Virus record (IMG/VR): IMGVR_UViG_2775506945_000003
Length of the DNA stretch: 64,000 nucleotides
Origin: a virus
Taxonomy: Duplodnaviria; Caudoviricetes
Reading direction: 5' to 3' (one strand)
Positions 37,488-47,291 of this stretch are shown here, one piece after another. The position numbers and the translations under genes are program-made. Each line of letters opens with the position of its first letter. The first letter of the stretch is position 1. A model generated the notes under the pieces. It was not told where the DNA came from and made no database searches. It worked only from the letters and a program-made list of their open reading frames with translations.

Positions 37488-38504
37488 TCAACGCGCGCCC
37501 GTTGGTTTGCGCGTCATCTCGCCCAGCAGCTGGCTGACAGGGGTCGCAATCTTGCCCAGCGGATTCGCCTTGTCCACGCTGCCCGTCAGCTTACGGATTG
37601 CCAAGTGGGTGTAGATGCTCGTCGACTTCGGGTCCGCGTGTCCCATCAGCTGCTGGCGCTCCAAGACGTCCACAGCGTCCTCGGCCAGCTCGGTGCCGTA
37701 GAGGTGGCGCACAGCGTGGGGGTGCAGTTGCTCCGCAGGAATCCCCGCCGCCAGGCCGTGGCGCCGGAGCATGGCGAACGCTCCACGCGTGGAAAAGCGC
37801 CTGCGCTCGCCGTAGTACTCATGCGCCGGGCAGCGCCGGTTCCTTGTGGTCACGAACAGCACCTTGTCGCCGTCCTCGGTGGCGCGATCGATCTCGGCCA
37901 GGCCGGGGTGCTCCAGGTACACGCGCAGCAGCAGATCCGCTTCCCGCGGGACGGGAATCAGGCGCTCCTTGTCACCCTTCTCCGTCGGCCGGATCGCCAT
38001 CCGGGTCTCGCCGTCGATGGTCTGCGTTGTCAGATGCCCCTCGTTCAACCGCACTAGGCCGCTGATCCGGACGCCGCAGCCGATCAGTACCGCCAGCATG
38101 GCCGCGTCGCGCACACCCTCGAAACGGTTGAAATCTGGCGCCCACATCAGCCGCTCGGCGTTGCTCAACTCCATCGCAGCCGGCAGCTTGCGCGGCCGGC
38201 GCGGATACGGGATCGAGGCCGCGGGATCTCGCGGGAGCAGCCGGCGCACCGACCAGAGGTAGCGATACAGCTCGCGGATGCAGGCGACGTATGGGGTACG
38301 GCTCACCGGCGCCAGCTTCAACGCCTTGTGCAGGTATGGCCCGGTGAAGGCCAGCAGCTCGTCGCCGTTGACGGCCAGCAGATCGCGGCCGGCCAGCCAT
38401 ACCTCGAACCGCAGCAGGATGTCGCGGTAAGCCCTGACAGAGCGATCGGAAAGACCGCCATTTTCAGCTTTGAAGAGAAGGAACTCTTCCATCAATCGGA
38501 TCAA
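37488..38504 (-). CDS. Tyrosine recombinase / integrase (XerC-like)
   Basis: SAM-like N-terminus; GVRISG, KGDKER, HPHAVRH, MGH, IY. Confidence 0.9.
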   Translation of the reverse strand: MIRLMEEFLLFKAENGGLSDRSVRAYRDILLRFEVWLAGRDLLAVNGDELLAFTGPYLHKALKLAPVSRTPYVACIRELYRYLWSVRRLLPRDPAASIPYPRRPRKLPAAMELSNAERLMWAPDFNRFEGVRDAAMLAVLIGCGVRISGLVRLNEGHLTTQTIDGETRMAIRPTEKGDKERLIPVPREADLLLRVYLEHPGLAEIDRATEDGDKVLFVTTRNRRCPAHEYYGERRRFSTRGAFAMLRRHGLAAGIPAEQLHPHAVRHLYGTELAEDAVDVLERQQLMGHADPKSTSIYTHLAIRKLTGSVDKANPLGKIATPVSQLLGEMTRKPTGAR

Positions 38505-38540
38505 TCTCAGCTCCCAAAAAAGGGACCACAGGCAAAATAA

Positions 38541-38900
38541 CCCGTGGAATTGTGGATCGCCGCCAGAATCCGGCCAAAACCCTGTCCAATCAACATTTTA
38601 CCATTCCACAGAATCCACCAGAACAGGGTTTTTCTGGTTTTGAAACTGTGGGTCAAAAAATAGGCAGCCCTCCGAAACCGTGGATTGCCCTCACCTCCCT
38701 TTTTCTCCGCTTTCTTTCTCTTTCTCTTTGATTTTTTAAAAGAAAAAAGAAATAAAACCAAGGACACCGGAAATTGCATTGTGGAGAAATTGGCAATTCC
38801 GTGGAATAGAAAATGAAACCGTGGATTAAAAACTGAAACCGTGGGCACAGACTTCAGCAAAATCAAATACTTGCATGAAGCACATGGCCAAATCCACGGA
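38541..38900. repeat. Iteron array with AT-rich core and two IHF sites (ori-like)
   Basis: ~11 (C/T)GTGG(A/G)-like copies in both orientations; WATCAA-N4-TTR at 38588-38600 and 38861-38873. Confidence 0.65.
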
Positions 38901-39172
38901 ATTTTCTCGATTGCATGGGCCGGATTTTCTTGCCCTAGCCCCGGCGTCTCCAGCCCCTCCTCGCTCACCGGCCAGGGCCCTCCCATGACTGGCATTACCA
39001 GGTGACACCGGGCAAATACGCCCACAGAAAAGCGAACTCGATGAGAGGGGAAATCATTTCCGCATTGAAGAATGCGATGCAGCAGTGATAAGGGTTACAG
39101 CGGGGAGGAAATTGGCAGGATGCGGAAATGAAATTGAGATAACATATTGAAAAGCTGGATTTTTGGCGTAGA

Positions 39173-39228
39173 CTTGAAAACTGCCGACGGGCAACCGTCC
39201 GTGGGTTCGAATCCCACAGCCTCCGCCA
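39173..39228 (+). tRNA. 3' fragment of tRNA-Ser(TGA); att site of prophage A (not a full tRNA)
   Basis: CTTGAAA loop, long variable arm, GGTTCGAATCC, CCA end; 5' half absent. Confidence 0.85.
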
Positions 39229-39393
39229 AATAGTAGTAAGAAGCCGTCAGCAGTAGTAAGCAAAACCATTGATTTTGCTTGCTATGACTGGCGGCTTTTT
39301 CATTTCCCGTAAGCGGCAATCAGCACACATCAATCTGTTTTGATGGTAGCCTTGTTGGTATGACCTTGCGCCGTGATGGTACGGGATTCAAAC

Positions 39394-40593
39394 ATGCCCA
39401 AACTCGTAGCTCCACTTACCACAACCAGGATTAACGCGGCCAAACCCGGCCTTACCGTCATCAAGCTTTCCGATGGCGGCGGGTTGGCTTTGTGGGTGAT
39501 GCCCACTGGCAAGAAAGTGTGGCGCCTACAGTACCGCCGACCGGCAGACGGCAAGCAAGATACCGTCACAATCGGAAATTACCCGGAAGTCTCACTTGCA
39601 TCTGCAAGAGAAAGGCGCGAAGCACTTCGGGCTGACTTGGCGGCCAAGAGAGACCCGAAGCTGGAGGATCGCCGCAGAGAGATGGAGCGGCAATGCTCGG
39701 ACGCTCTTACCTTCCAGCACGTCTCGCAAGAATGGTGGGACCGCTGGAAAGAGTCTGTCACGGCCGGCTATGCGGATCAGGTCTGGCGCGTCCTTGAGAC
39801 GAATGTGCTCCAAACCCTGGGCAGCATGCCTGTAGGCGACATTCGGCCGCCACACATCGTGTGGGCATTGTCGCCAATGGAGGCGCGCGGGGCGCTGGTC
39901 TACCTCCGGCGCGCTCACAAAACTCTGTCGATGATCTTCGCTTTTGCCATAGCTCGCGGCCTTTTGGAGTACAACCCTGCGTCAGACCTGAATGGCGCGT
40001 TCAAGTCGCCCGAAACATCCAACTTCCGCGCCTTGAAGCCTGATCAGCTTGGCCTGCTGCTTTCCGCCTTACACAAGGATGACATCAACTTTCAAACGCG
40101 ATGCCTTATCAAGTGGCAACTCCTGACGATGTCGCGCCCAAGGGAGGCTGCGTCGACTCGCTGGGATGAGATAGAGGGAGACATCTGGACGATCCCGGCA
40201 TCCAAGATGAAGCGCCGGCGAGATCACATGGTGCCGCTGTCTCGGCAATCATTGGCGCTTCTTGAAGAAATGCGCCCGCTGAGCGGTCATCTAGAATATG
40301 TGTTCCCCCACCGCAACGCCCCGCGCGCGCATGCAAATGAGGGATCAGCGAATGTAGCCCTCAAGCGCCTAGCAGTGCCAACCACGGCGCATGGCCTGCG
40401 CGCCCTCGCATCCACCACGCTAAACGAGGAAGGATTTGACAGCCGGGTGGTTGAGATGGCCTTAGCCCATGCCGACCAGAACACCACACGAGCTGCGTAC
40501 AACCGCGCCGAATATTTAACCCAGCGCCGCGAGATGCTTCAGTGGTGGGCAGATCGAATAGACGACATAGACAAAGAGGCCAACCCTCAATAA
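39394..40593 (+). CDS. P4-like integrase with arm-binding domain (element B)
   Basis: LSDGGGL.L.V...GKK.W; RPRE, KMK, HGLR, LAH, AYNR. Confidence 0.95.
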   Translation: MPKLVAPLTTTRINAAKPGLTVIKLSDGGGLALWVMPTGKKVWRLQYRRPADGKQDTVTIGNYPEVSLASARERREALRADLAAKRDPKLEDRRREMERQCSDALTFQHVSQEWWDRWKESVTAGYADQVWRVLETNVLQTLGSMPVGDIRPPHIVWALSPMEARGALVYLRRAHKTLSMIFAFAIARGLLEYNPASDLNGAFKSPETSNFRALKPDQLGLLLSALHKDDINFQTRCLIKWQLLTMSRPREAASTRWDEIEGDIWTIPASKMKRRRDHMVPLSRQSLALLEEMRPLSGHLEYVFPHRNAPRAHANEGSANVALKRLAVPTTAHGLRALASTTLNEEGFDSRVVEMALAHADQNTTRAAYNRAEYLTQRREMLQWWADRIDDIDKEANPQ

Positions 40594-40596
40594 CCA

Positions 40597-40619
40597 AACC
40601 CGCCACCGGCGGGTTTTTT
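40597..40619 (+). terminator. Rho-independent terminator
   Basis: AACCCGCC-ACC-GGCGGGTT + T run. Confidence 0.75.
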
Positions 40620-40635
40620 CATGCCCAGAGGAAAC

Positions 40636-41253
40636 ATGAAAACTATCGCCACATTCTCGCAAAAAGGAGGCTCGGGTAAGTCCACCCTTGCTGTCCACCT
40701 TGGCGTCGCCGCCGAAGAGGACTCCACCTCCGTAATCATCTTCGACCGAGACGACGCTCAGGCATCCAGCTCGCGCTGGGCCGGCAGCCGCTCTGCCGAA
40801 TCCCCGGTCGTTCTCCAAACGCCGCCCTCGCAGCTGCAAGCCGCGCTCAAGGCCGGCAGCACCAAGGGATTCGGCCTGGCCATCATCGACGGGCCGCCAC
40901 ACTCCTCTCCCGACTCAGCTGCCATTGCGCGGGTCGCCGACCTCATCCTGATCCCCGTTCGGCCGACAGCATTCGACCTGGCCGCGGTCGGCAACGCGGT
41001 GAAGATCGTCACGGCAGCCGGGCGCGCGCCGCTGTTCGTCCTGTCCGCCTGCCCTCCTCGCGTGCCGGAGGTGGCTGACGCGCGCCAGGCGCTGGCCGAC
41101 TTCGGCGAAGTAGCGCCAGTAGAGATCGGTGAGCGCATCGCATTCTCGCGCGCCATCGCCACCGGCCAGTCGGTGACGGAGTTTGACTCGCGCAGTAAGG
41201 CGGCGGCCGAGATCCGCGCGCTATGGCAGTGGATCAAGGAGAAGACGCGATGA
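40636..41253 (+). CDS. parA: ParA/ParF partition ATPase (type Ib)
   Basis: QKGGSGKST, DxDxQ, IIDGPP, ADLILIP. Confidence 0.9.
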   Translation: MKTIATFSQKGGSGKSTLAVHLGVAAEEDSTSVIIFDRDDAQASSSRWAGSRSAESPVVLQTPPSQLQAALKAGSTKGFGLAIIDGPPHSSPDSAAIARVADLILIPVRPTAFDLAAVGNAVKIVTAAGRAPLFVLSACPPRVPEVADARQALADFGEVAPVEIGERIAFSRAIATGQSVTEFDSRSKAAAEIRALWQWIKEKTR

Positions 41254-41495
41254 GCAAGACCAGTCTGAAGGATTTCTTGGGCGGCGGCGAGGCGGAAGCA
41301 CCGACCAAGGAAGAAAAGCCGCTGCCGGACTATGTGTGCATCAAGGTCAAAGTCCACCCCGACGATCACCGCCGGCTCTCCGACCTCGCCAAGGCGGAAC
41401 GCCCGTCCAGCCTGCAAAACCTGGGTGTCGAGGGCTTCAACCGTGTGCTTGCAGAACGTGGTCTGCCACCGCTGCGGCCTTACAAAGAGGGGTAA
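41250..41495 (+). CDS. ParG-like ribbon-helix-helix partner
   Basis: 81 aa, coupled to parA, beta strand then two helices. Confidence 0.65.
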   Translation: MSKTSLKDFLGGGEAEAPTKEEKPLPDYVCIKVKVHPDDHRRLSDLAKAERPSSLQNLGVEGFNRVLAERGLPPLRPYKEG

Positions 41496-41496
41496 A

Positions 41497-41560
41497 TGCT
41501 CATTTGCGCATTTGCCCTTTTTCTCACCTGCTCATTTTCGCACATGCGCAATTGCTCATT
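41497..41560 (+). repeat. Eight tandem degenerate 8-mers (TGCTCATT consensus), centromere-like
   Basis: tgctcatt tgcgcatt tgcccttt ttctcacc tgctcatt ttcgcaca tgcgcaat tgctcatt. Confidence 0.7.
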
Positions 41561-41660
41561 GAATCGGAGAAACCAATGATCAACATCGACGCGAAAACCA
41601 GGGCCATTTGCAAGATATCGCAGATGGCCCAGTCTCAGAGAGAGGCAAGGCCCCGGCGTC

Positions 41661-42647
41661 TTACTTCAGATCGTCGGCGGAAGGCTCCAGCAGTGGCGAC
41701 AAACGAGTCAACAGCCAGTTCAGCAGTTTTGACTGATGGCGGAAGTAGTTCCAGGTCGGCGCTTGCTCCGCACCCAGGATGCGTTTGAACTCATAACAGG
41801 TGGAGCCCAGCTCAATCTCGGCGCAGCCCCTCTGCTGGGCCACCTCCACCGAGCGGATCAGCATGGCGAAGTAGAGCCCATATTCATAAGTATGCTGGTA
41901 GTCCAGCCCGGCGAAGGCGCTCATCATCAACTGGTCCTTGCGTAGCAATTGGGTGAAGCCGATCAGTTCGCCCTGCAGATAAAACAGCATGTAGATGCTG
42001 CCGTCGCTGGTACGAGTAAAGTAATCGGGACCAAGTCGGCCGAATTTGATCGGCGCTTTCTCCCAGGTCTGCAGATAAAGCGCGTACATCCTGTCCAGCA
42101 GATCGGCAGGCAATCCGTCTACCACTTCGTAGCTCAAACCATCCGCTTTCCTCAGTTTGCTCTTGAGCTGGCGGCGGCGGCGGCCTCGCAGAGAAGCGTA
42201 GTAATCGCCGTCCAAGCGGATGACGGGAACCGGCAACCCACGCACTCTGGCGTAGCCGTCCAGCGGAAGGCCTTCACCGAATCCCTTCCAGGCGATCAGC
42301 CTTCCCTTCTGGCTCAGCCGCCGGGTCACCTCCTCGGCAATTTCGGGTGTCAGCTCCCCCTCGACGCGCCCCAAGTCCGTCACCGGGTTGCCCACGCAAG
42401 CCATCTGGATACTCAATTTGGGCAGCAAGGCGAACAACCGTCCCCTGGGCAGCAGGATGTTCAGCTCCAGATCTGTGACGAAGTAAGGAATGCAGCATAC
42501 GCGTCGCCCGTCCTGTCCAGCGACGAAAAAGCCCTGCTGAAACCCTGGCATGCAGCCATCGGCGAAGGCTCTGTAGAAATTCGTGTCATCGGGATTGTCG
42601 CTGGAGAAATCAGCCGGCGGATAAGGCAAATCTGTTATCAATAGCAT
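41661..42647 (-). CDS. GNAT / FemAB-like acyltransferase
   Basis: YYASL..RRRQLK, GLDY, LYF, IELGST.YEFK..LGA. Confidence 0.8.
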   Translation of the reverse strand: MLLITDLPYPPADFSSDNPDDTNFYRAFADGCMPGFQQGFFVAGQDGRRVCCIPYFVTDLELNILLPRGRLFALLPKLSIQMACVGNPVTDLGRVEGELTPEIAEEVTRRLSQKGRLIAWKGFGEGLPLDGYARVRGLPVPVIRLDGDYYASLRGRRRRQLKSKLRKADGLSYEVVDGLPADLLDRMYALYLQTWEKAPIKFGRLGPDYFTRTSDGSIYMLFYLQGELIGFTQLLRKDQLMMSAFAGLDYQHTYEYGLYFAMLIRSVEVAQQRGCAEIELGSTCYEFKRILGAEQAPTWNYFRHQSKLLNWLLTRLSPLLEPSADDLK

Positions 42648-42725
42648 AACGATCTTAAACCATTGATTTTACTGGACTCATGAATTTTTCCAGCTATTTG
42701 ACACCCCCATTTGTCCCCCTTTAGC

Positions 42726-43170
42726 CCCAGAACTCCGTTGTTCATTGCCTTCCCTTCCTCGCACAGTGGAAAGGGTCGCAGTATGTTGCTTTATCAGCAT
42801 TGCCTTGACCAAGAGCGTGCTGAATAGGAAAATTCCTATTTAGAGCCATCAACAGGGAGCTGCAGCCCAAGCTGCGGGTAAGGAAGCGCCGGCGAAAACG
42901 CTGCTTTGATCGGGCGGGGCCTGACGGTGATTTGATCACGCGGGACGCTAGACTTCGCCTGCTCCAGCCCGGCCTGCACATCGGACTAACACACCCATCC
43001 GCGCCGCGCAAACTCCAGCCCAACCTACGCTCTCCCCTCTCCCAAATACCGCGGCAGAGGAGTTTTCCTAATTCTGGGCGCCCTTGTTCAGGGCAATGCT
43101 GATAAAGCAACATACTGCGACCCTTTCCACTGTGCGAGGAAGGGAAGGCAATGAACAACGGAGTTCTGGG
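42726..43170. repeat. ~92-bp inverted repeat (42726-42817 / 43079-43170) duplicating the RHS-gene leader
   Basis: Three mismatches; includes RBS and ATGAACAACGGAGTTCTGGG. Confidence 0.9.
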
Positions 43171-44296
43171 ATTCAATGGAGAGCGCCTCGACCCCGTCAG
43201 TGGCGCTTTTCATCTGGGCAATGGCTACCGGACCTACAATCCGGCGCTGATGCGCTTCCATTGTCCGGACAATCTGAGTCCGTTTGGTGCCGGCGGAATC
43301 AACCTGTACGCCTACTGTGCCGGAGATTCGATCAACCGAGCCGACCCGTCCGGGCATCTAAGCTGGCAGGCCTGGACATCAATAGGCCTGGGAGTGGCCG
43401 GCCTGGCGCTGGCGGCGTTTACCGCCGGGACGTCAATTATTGCCTCCGGTGGGGTCATCGCCGCACTGGAAAGCGCCTCGGCCGTCTCGCTGGTGGTGGG
43501 CGGAGCCGCCGTGCTGGCCGATGTGACAGCGATCGCTAGCGGAGCGACCGAAGAGAACAATCCGGCGGCGTCGGCGATACTGGGCTGGGCTTCGATTGCT
43601 CTGGGCATTTCAGGCGTAGGGGGCAAGTTTGTCCGGACCACGTATAGCGTTGCAGCTTCCATTGGCAATCGCTTGATGAAATCGTTTGCCAGAGGATTAA
43701 GCCCCACCGGAAGAAGCGTTTGCATCAATACGCGTCGGTTGATGGCTCTGGATGCTGGGCTTGATACTGCCCCATCGAGGGGATGGATTGCGTTGGATTA
43801 TTTTACGTCTGAGCAGCGTGCCTATCTGGATTCCCAGCATGTTGGCACGGGAGCGTATCAAGGCCGCTTGTATCGCGGCGATAGCCGGCCACCTCAATAC
43901 ATCTTCAAATATGGTTTCCTGCCCAAAGGAAGTAATCGCGATATGGCTAATCATTTCGCGGGGTTGCCGGACAGCGCGTTTGTGTCTTTTACCAAAAGAA
44001 AAGAAGTGGCGGCAAATTTTGCCGGTTTCAGGGCGCTTGATACAAGCGCCGGCCGTATTGGTTTTATTTATAAACTGGACAAGCTGGATTATGCGGCAGA
44101 TCTCACAGCATCTAGCTTGCGCGTGAACGATTACGCAGAAGTTGTTGCCCTTTCGCCTGTGCCAGGTGACCGTGTGAAAGGCGCTTATATAGTGCGATTT
44201 GAAAGTCGATCGAGCGCCTCATATGAGTTTGTCGACTATATCAAGAATCCTGAGTTCGATGAAAACCGTCAGCGATGGTTGTTCTGTTTCTTCTGA
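43151..44296 (+). CDS. RHS-core-only protein with TM region and R-S-E ADP-ribosyltransferase toxin domain
   Basis: GFNGE..YRTYNP.LMRF..PD..N.YAYC..DPSG; LYRGDSRPP..F..GF, FVSFT, YAEV. Confidence 0.8.
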   Translation: MNNGVLGFNGERLDPVSGAFHLGNGYRTYNPALMRFHCPDNLSPFGAGGINLYAYCAGDSINRADPSGHLSWQAWTSIGLGVAGLALAAFTAGTSIIASGGVIAALESASAVSLVVGGAAVLADVTAIASGATEENNPAASAILGWASIALGISGVGGKFVRTTYSVAASIGNRLMKSFARGLSPTGRSVCINTRRLMALDAGLDTAPSRGWIALDYFTSEQRAYLDSQHVGTGAYQGRLYRGDSRPPQYIFKYGFLPKGSNRDMANHFAGLPDSAFVSFTKRKEVAANFAGFRALDTSAGRIGFIYKLDKLDYAADLTASSLRVNDYAEVVALSPVPGDRVKGAYIVRFESRSSASYEFVDYIKNPEFDENRQRWLFCFF

Positions 44297-44319
44297 GATG
44301 TCGAGGTTCAGGTTTGATC

Positions 44320-44452
44320 TGAAGCACCCCGGGTTTCGCGGAGACTCCCTCACTTGAGAGAATGGCGCCATGAGCAAATCCACCAAGTTTTCCCCAGAAG
44401 TCCGCGAGCGTGCTGTACGCATGGTCTTTGACCGCCGCGCCGGCAACTGGTA
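44320..44452 (+). mobile_element. IS3-family remnant (left end and orfA start)
   Basis: TGAAGCACCCCGGGTTTC end; MSKSTKFSPEVRERAVRMV then truncated. Confidence 0.75.
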
Positions 44453-44720
44453 AGGAATCCTTGCGAGTTCAAGCGGTGCCAGAAAGCGTAGTTGAGGAGG
44501 CTGCCAAAAAGCTGGCGGCTGATTTTGATTACCCATGGGAGCACATGCCACAGGCCGGCAAGGATGACTTCAGGCACAAGGTGCGGCGCGTCGCCGCCCT
44601 ACTCGCCGTCGCCCGTCGCCCGTCGCCCAATTGATACACAACCCACACACAAAATACTTTAAATTTGCGTAATTCACGCACCGTTGCCATGCTAATTGCA
44701 AATCAAAGGAGCAATCAGCC

Positions 44721-46222
44721 ATGCGCCTCTACCTCTCCGCCGACCGCTACTACGGGGCATCTCGAATAACCCAAGCTTTTCAGCAAGCCTAACAACAGCA
44801 TGACGCTTGCGGCCATATTCGGATCGTTTTCTGCAACGGATCACCGCTCAACGCAGCGATTCAGCCCATTTCGGGCGTCAGAAGGCCACGATTCCGGCTT
44901 TCCGGAGGAACACCAAGCGCTTTAGGTTGTAACAGGTCGCCATCATCGTCAGCGCAAAGTTCGCGCGCGGTTGGCCAATTGTGCGGACCAACTTGCCTCC
45001 CATCTGATCAATCATGGCGAACACGTGTTCGACACGGGCACGAACCTTGGCGATGCGGTGGTTGCGCTGCTGCTGGCACTCGGACAGCGGCTTGTTGGCG
45101 TGCCCCTTTCGCTGAATCCGATTCCGAAATCTGTCTTGGGCAAGCTGCGCTCCACGGGCCTCGGACGGATAGCCTCGGTCGGCGTAAACATCCCGGCTTG
45201 TATTGCTGGTATCGAAGACGTTGTCGAAATGCTGGCTGTCATGCGTACTGGCCGTATCAGTTTTGAACTTGCGGATCAGCTTGTATTTGTTGTCGACGTT
45301 CACCGACAGTTTGTAGCCAAAGTAGGATTTGCCGTGCTTTTTGGTCCAGCTGGCATCCTGGTCCTTCTGGCGCCGCTTCGCGGGTTTCCAATCGGCCGGC
45401 GTTGCGCCCTGATCGAGCAGCATCTTCTCGTCGCTGCTGTTGTGCTGCTTCGGCGCTGGCACCAACGTCGCGTCGATGATTTGGCCGCCGCGCGCGATAT
45501 AGCCTTGCTTGAGCAATTGTGCTGACACGCCATCGAACAGTGCACGGGCCCCGGTTTCGCCGATCCGATTCTCGAAGGTCCAAATCGTGGTGCGGTCAGG
45601 GATGTTGACCGCCTGGCCCAGCCCACAGAAACGCTGATAACTCATCCGGTCGAGCAGTTGATACTCCATTTGTTCATCGGACAGGTTGTACAGCCGCTTG
45701 AGGACCAGAATCCGCACCATCGTTTCGGTCGGAAACGGCGGGCGGCCGCCCTGCTGGCTGACTGGCCGAGGCGCGACCCGATCGACCTCGGCCGCCAAGG
45801 CGGCAAAGTTGATGTGCTTCTCGATCTCGACCAGAGGGTCGCCCAGGTGGTCGATCTTCTGCCGGTGGTGGTCGGCGGCGAACAGGTCTTTCTTGATGGC
45901 GTTGCGTGGTTTCATCGGGCTCAAGCTCGGCAAGAGTCTGGACGGTATAATTTTACCAGCTGAGGGCACCCCGGGGTTTTTCGAGGTGCCCTACGCTATC
46001 GCCATCCAGCTGGACCTGTTCAACAGGCCGGTGATCGTGCGCGCCTGGGGCGGCCGCGGGAGTCGGCGCGGCGGCATGGCGACTGAGCCGTTCAGCACGG
46101 CGCGGCTGAAGGATATTGACCGCCGCCGGCGTCAGCACGGCTACCAACTACTACAAAATCATGTCGATCGACGGCCGGCAAGGGGATCGGAGCGATGCGA
46201 AAAGGACGCCGGCAGATTATAA
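44721..46222 (+). pseudogene. WGR-domain gene interrupted by IS5
   Basis: MRLYLSADRYY + AIAIQLDLF...RAWGGRG in frame after IS removal. Confidence 0.7.
44755..45991 (-). mobile_element. IS5-family element (transposase 44878-45915)
   Basis: TIR GGGCA(T/C)CTCGAA; TSD TACG; IIDAT, YADRGY, RARVEHVF. Confidence 0.9.
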
Positions 46223-46402
46223 TCAGCTAGGAGTAAACTGTTACATTCGGGATGTAAACCTCGCGGGGGTAACGCAGCTCTCCAGGCTCGTCTTAAACGC
46301 GGCGATCAATAACCTTTCGATCCTCGACCTCTCCGAGCCAAAATAGAATGGGACTGCCCTGTTGGCGTTGCCTGCCCCAAAACGGAATTAAGGGAAAAAG
46401 GC

Positions 46403-46939
46403 GTGAAGCGTTGGATGATGATGTTGATAGGAGCCACATCAGCGCAGGGAGTTTTTGCGGACCCATCTGCGTATATCTGCACGGTGGAGAAAAGTGCAGG
46501 GCTTCACTACGATGGCCAAACTAAGGCGTGGTGGCCTAGAGCTTTTGCACCAGGCAAGCAATATATGCTGCGCAAGCTAACCGAAGAAAACTTGAAAGAA
46601 CACAAGCACAGAATGTTGCAAAATCTCGACCTGACTAAGCCAAATTGGGCATTTTGGGACAGCAAATTGCTAGTGGCTAGTTGCATTGAAGACACTTCAA
46701 TCGTTAAGTTCAGCGAACTAATGTGTCGGCCAATTATTGCGATGGTCGATTTTGACAAGGATTCTCGCCGATTTGAGGTTTCCCATCACGGAGCTTATGT
46801 CGAGCAAGGATTCTGGCGACAGCTACAGCTGGAAGATTCTGAGCAATATAAACAGGGTCTCATCAATAAACATGGGGGCGATGCTGATCATCCTGACGAT
46901 GTGTTTGTTGAGGTAGGCACGTGCAGCCCGGATCGTTGA
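46403..46939 (+). CDS. Exported Cys-containing hypothetical protein
   Basis: Signal-peptide-like N-terminus, four Cys. Confidence 0.65.
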   Translation: MKRWMMMLIGATSAQGVFADPSAYICTVEKSAGLHYDGQTKAWWPRAFAPGKQYMLRKLTEENLKEHKHRMLQNLDLTKPNWAFWDSKLLVASCIEDTSIVKFSELMCRPIIAMVDFDKDSRRFEVSHHGAYVEQGFWRQLQLEDSEQYKQGLINKHGGDADHPDDVFVEVGTCSPDR

Positions 46940-47099
46940 CCCTCAATGAGAGCAATGAAAATATAATAAAAATGAGCGGCAGAATTTCTCCCACCATACC
47001 CATTAGGGAAGGTCTGAACAATCTGCCGAGCAAATAGAAATGCAATTTCTCTCCGTGCAACGGAAGCCGCTCGTGGAGTTGTTTGAGACCGCCAAGCCT

Positions 47100-47291
47100 T
47101 GCATAAAGTTGACCGGATCTCCGGCGCAATAGGCGTAAGAATTGACGCCGCCGGCGCCGAACGGACTCAGGCTATCCGGACAGTGAAAACGCATCAAGGC
47201 GGGTCTGTGCCCGGTAGCCATGGCCCAGATACGTCGCGCAGCTGACGGGGTCGAGACTCTCTCCGTTAAACCCCAGAACACTGTTGTTCAT
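47100..47291 (-). pseudogene. Frameshifted, truncated paralog of the RHS-core gene
   Basis: MNNSVLGFNGESLDPVS / ALMRFHCPDSLSPFGAGGVNSYAYCAGDPVN in two frames. Confidence 0.8.

Larger units (their letters stand above)
1..39172. mobile_element. Prophage A: temperate myophage with Mu-like tail, integrated at tRNA-Ser; left end lies outside the window
   Basis: Contiguous early, tail, lysis, head, terminase and recombinase genes ending at a tRNA-Ser 3' fragment. Confidence 0.9.

Noticed and set aside
38507-39025. 172-aa ORF
   Set aside because: Translation of the iteron/AT-rich array with implausible composition
39140-39228. Complete tRNA-Ser gene
   Set aside because: Acceptor 5' strand, D arm and 5' anticodon stem are absent; only the att fragment is present
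41497-41560. CRISPR array
   Set aside because: 8-bp contiguous units without spacers; no cas genes in the window
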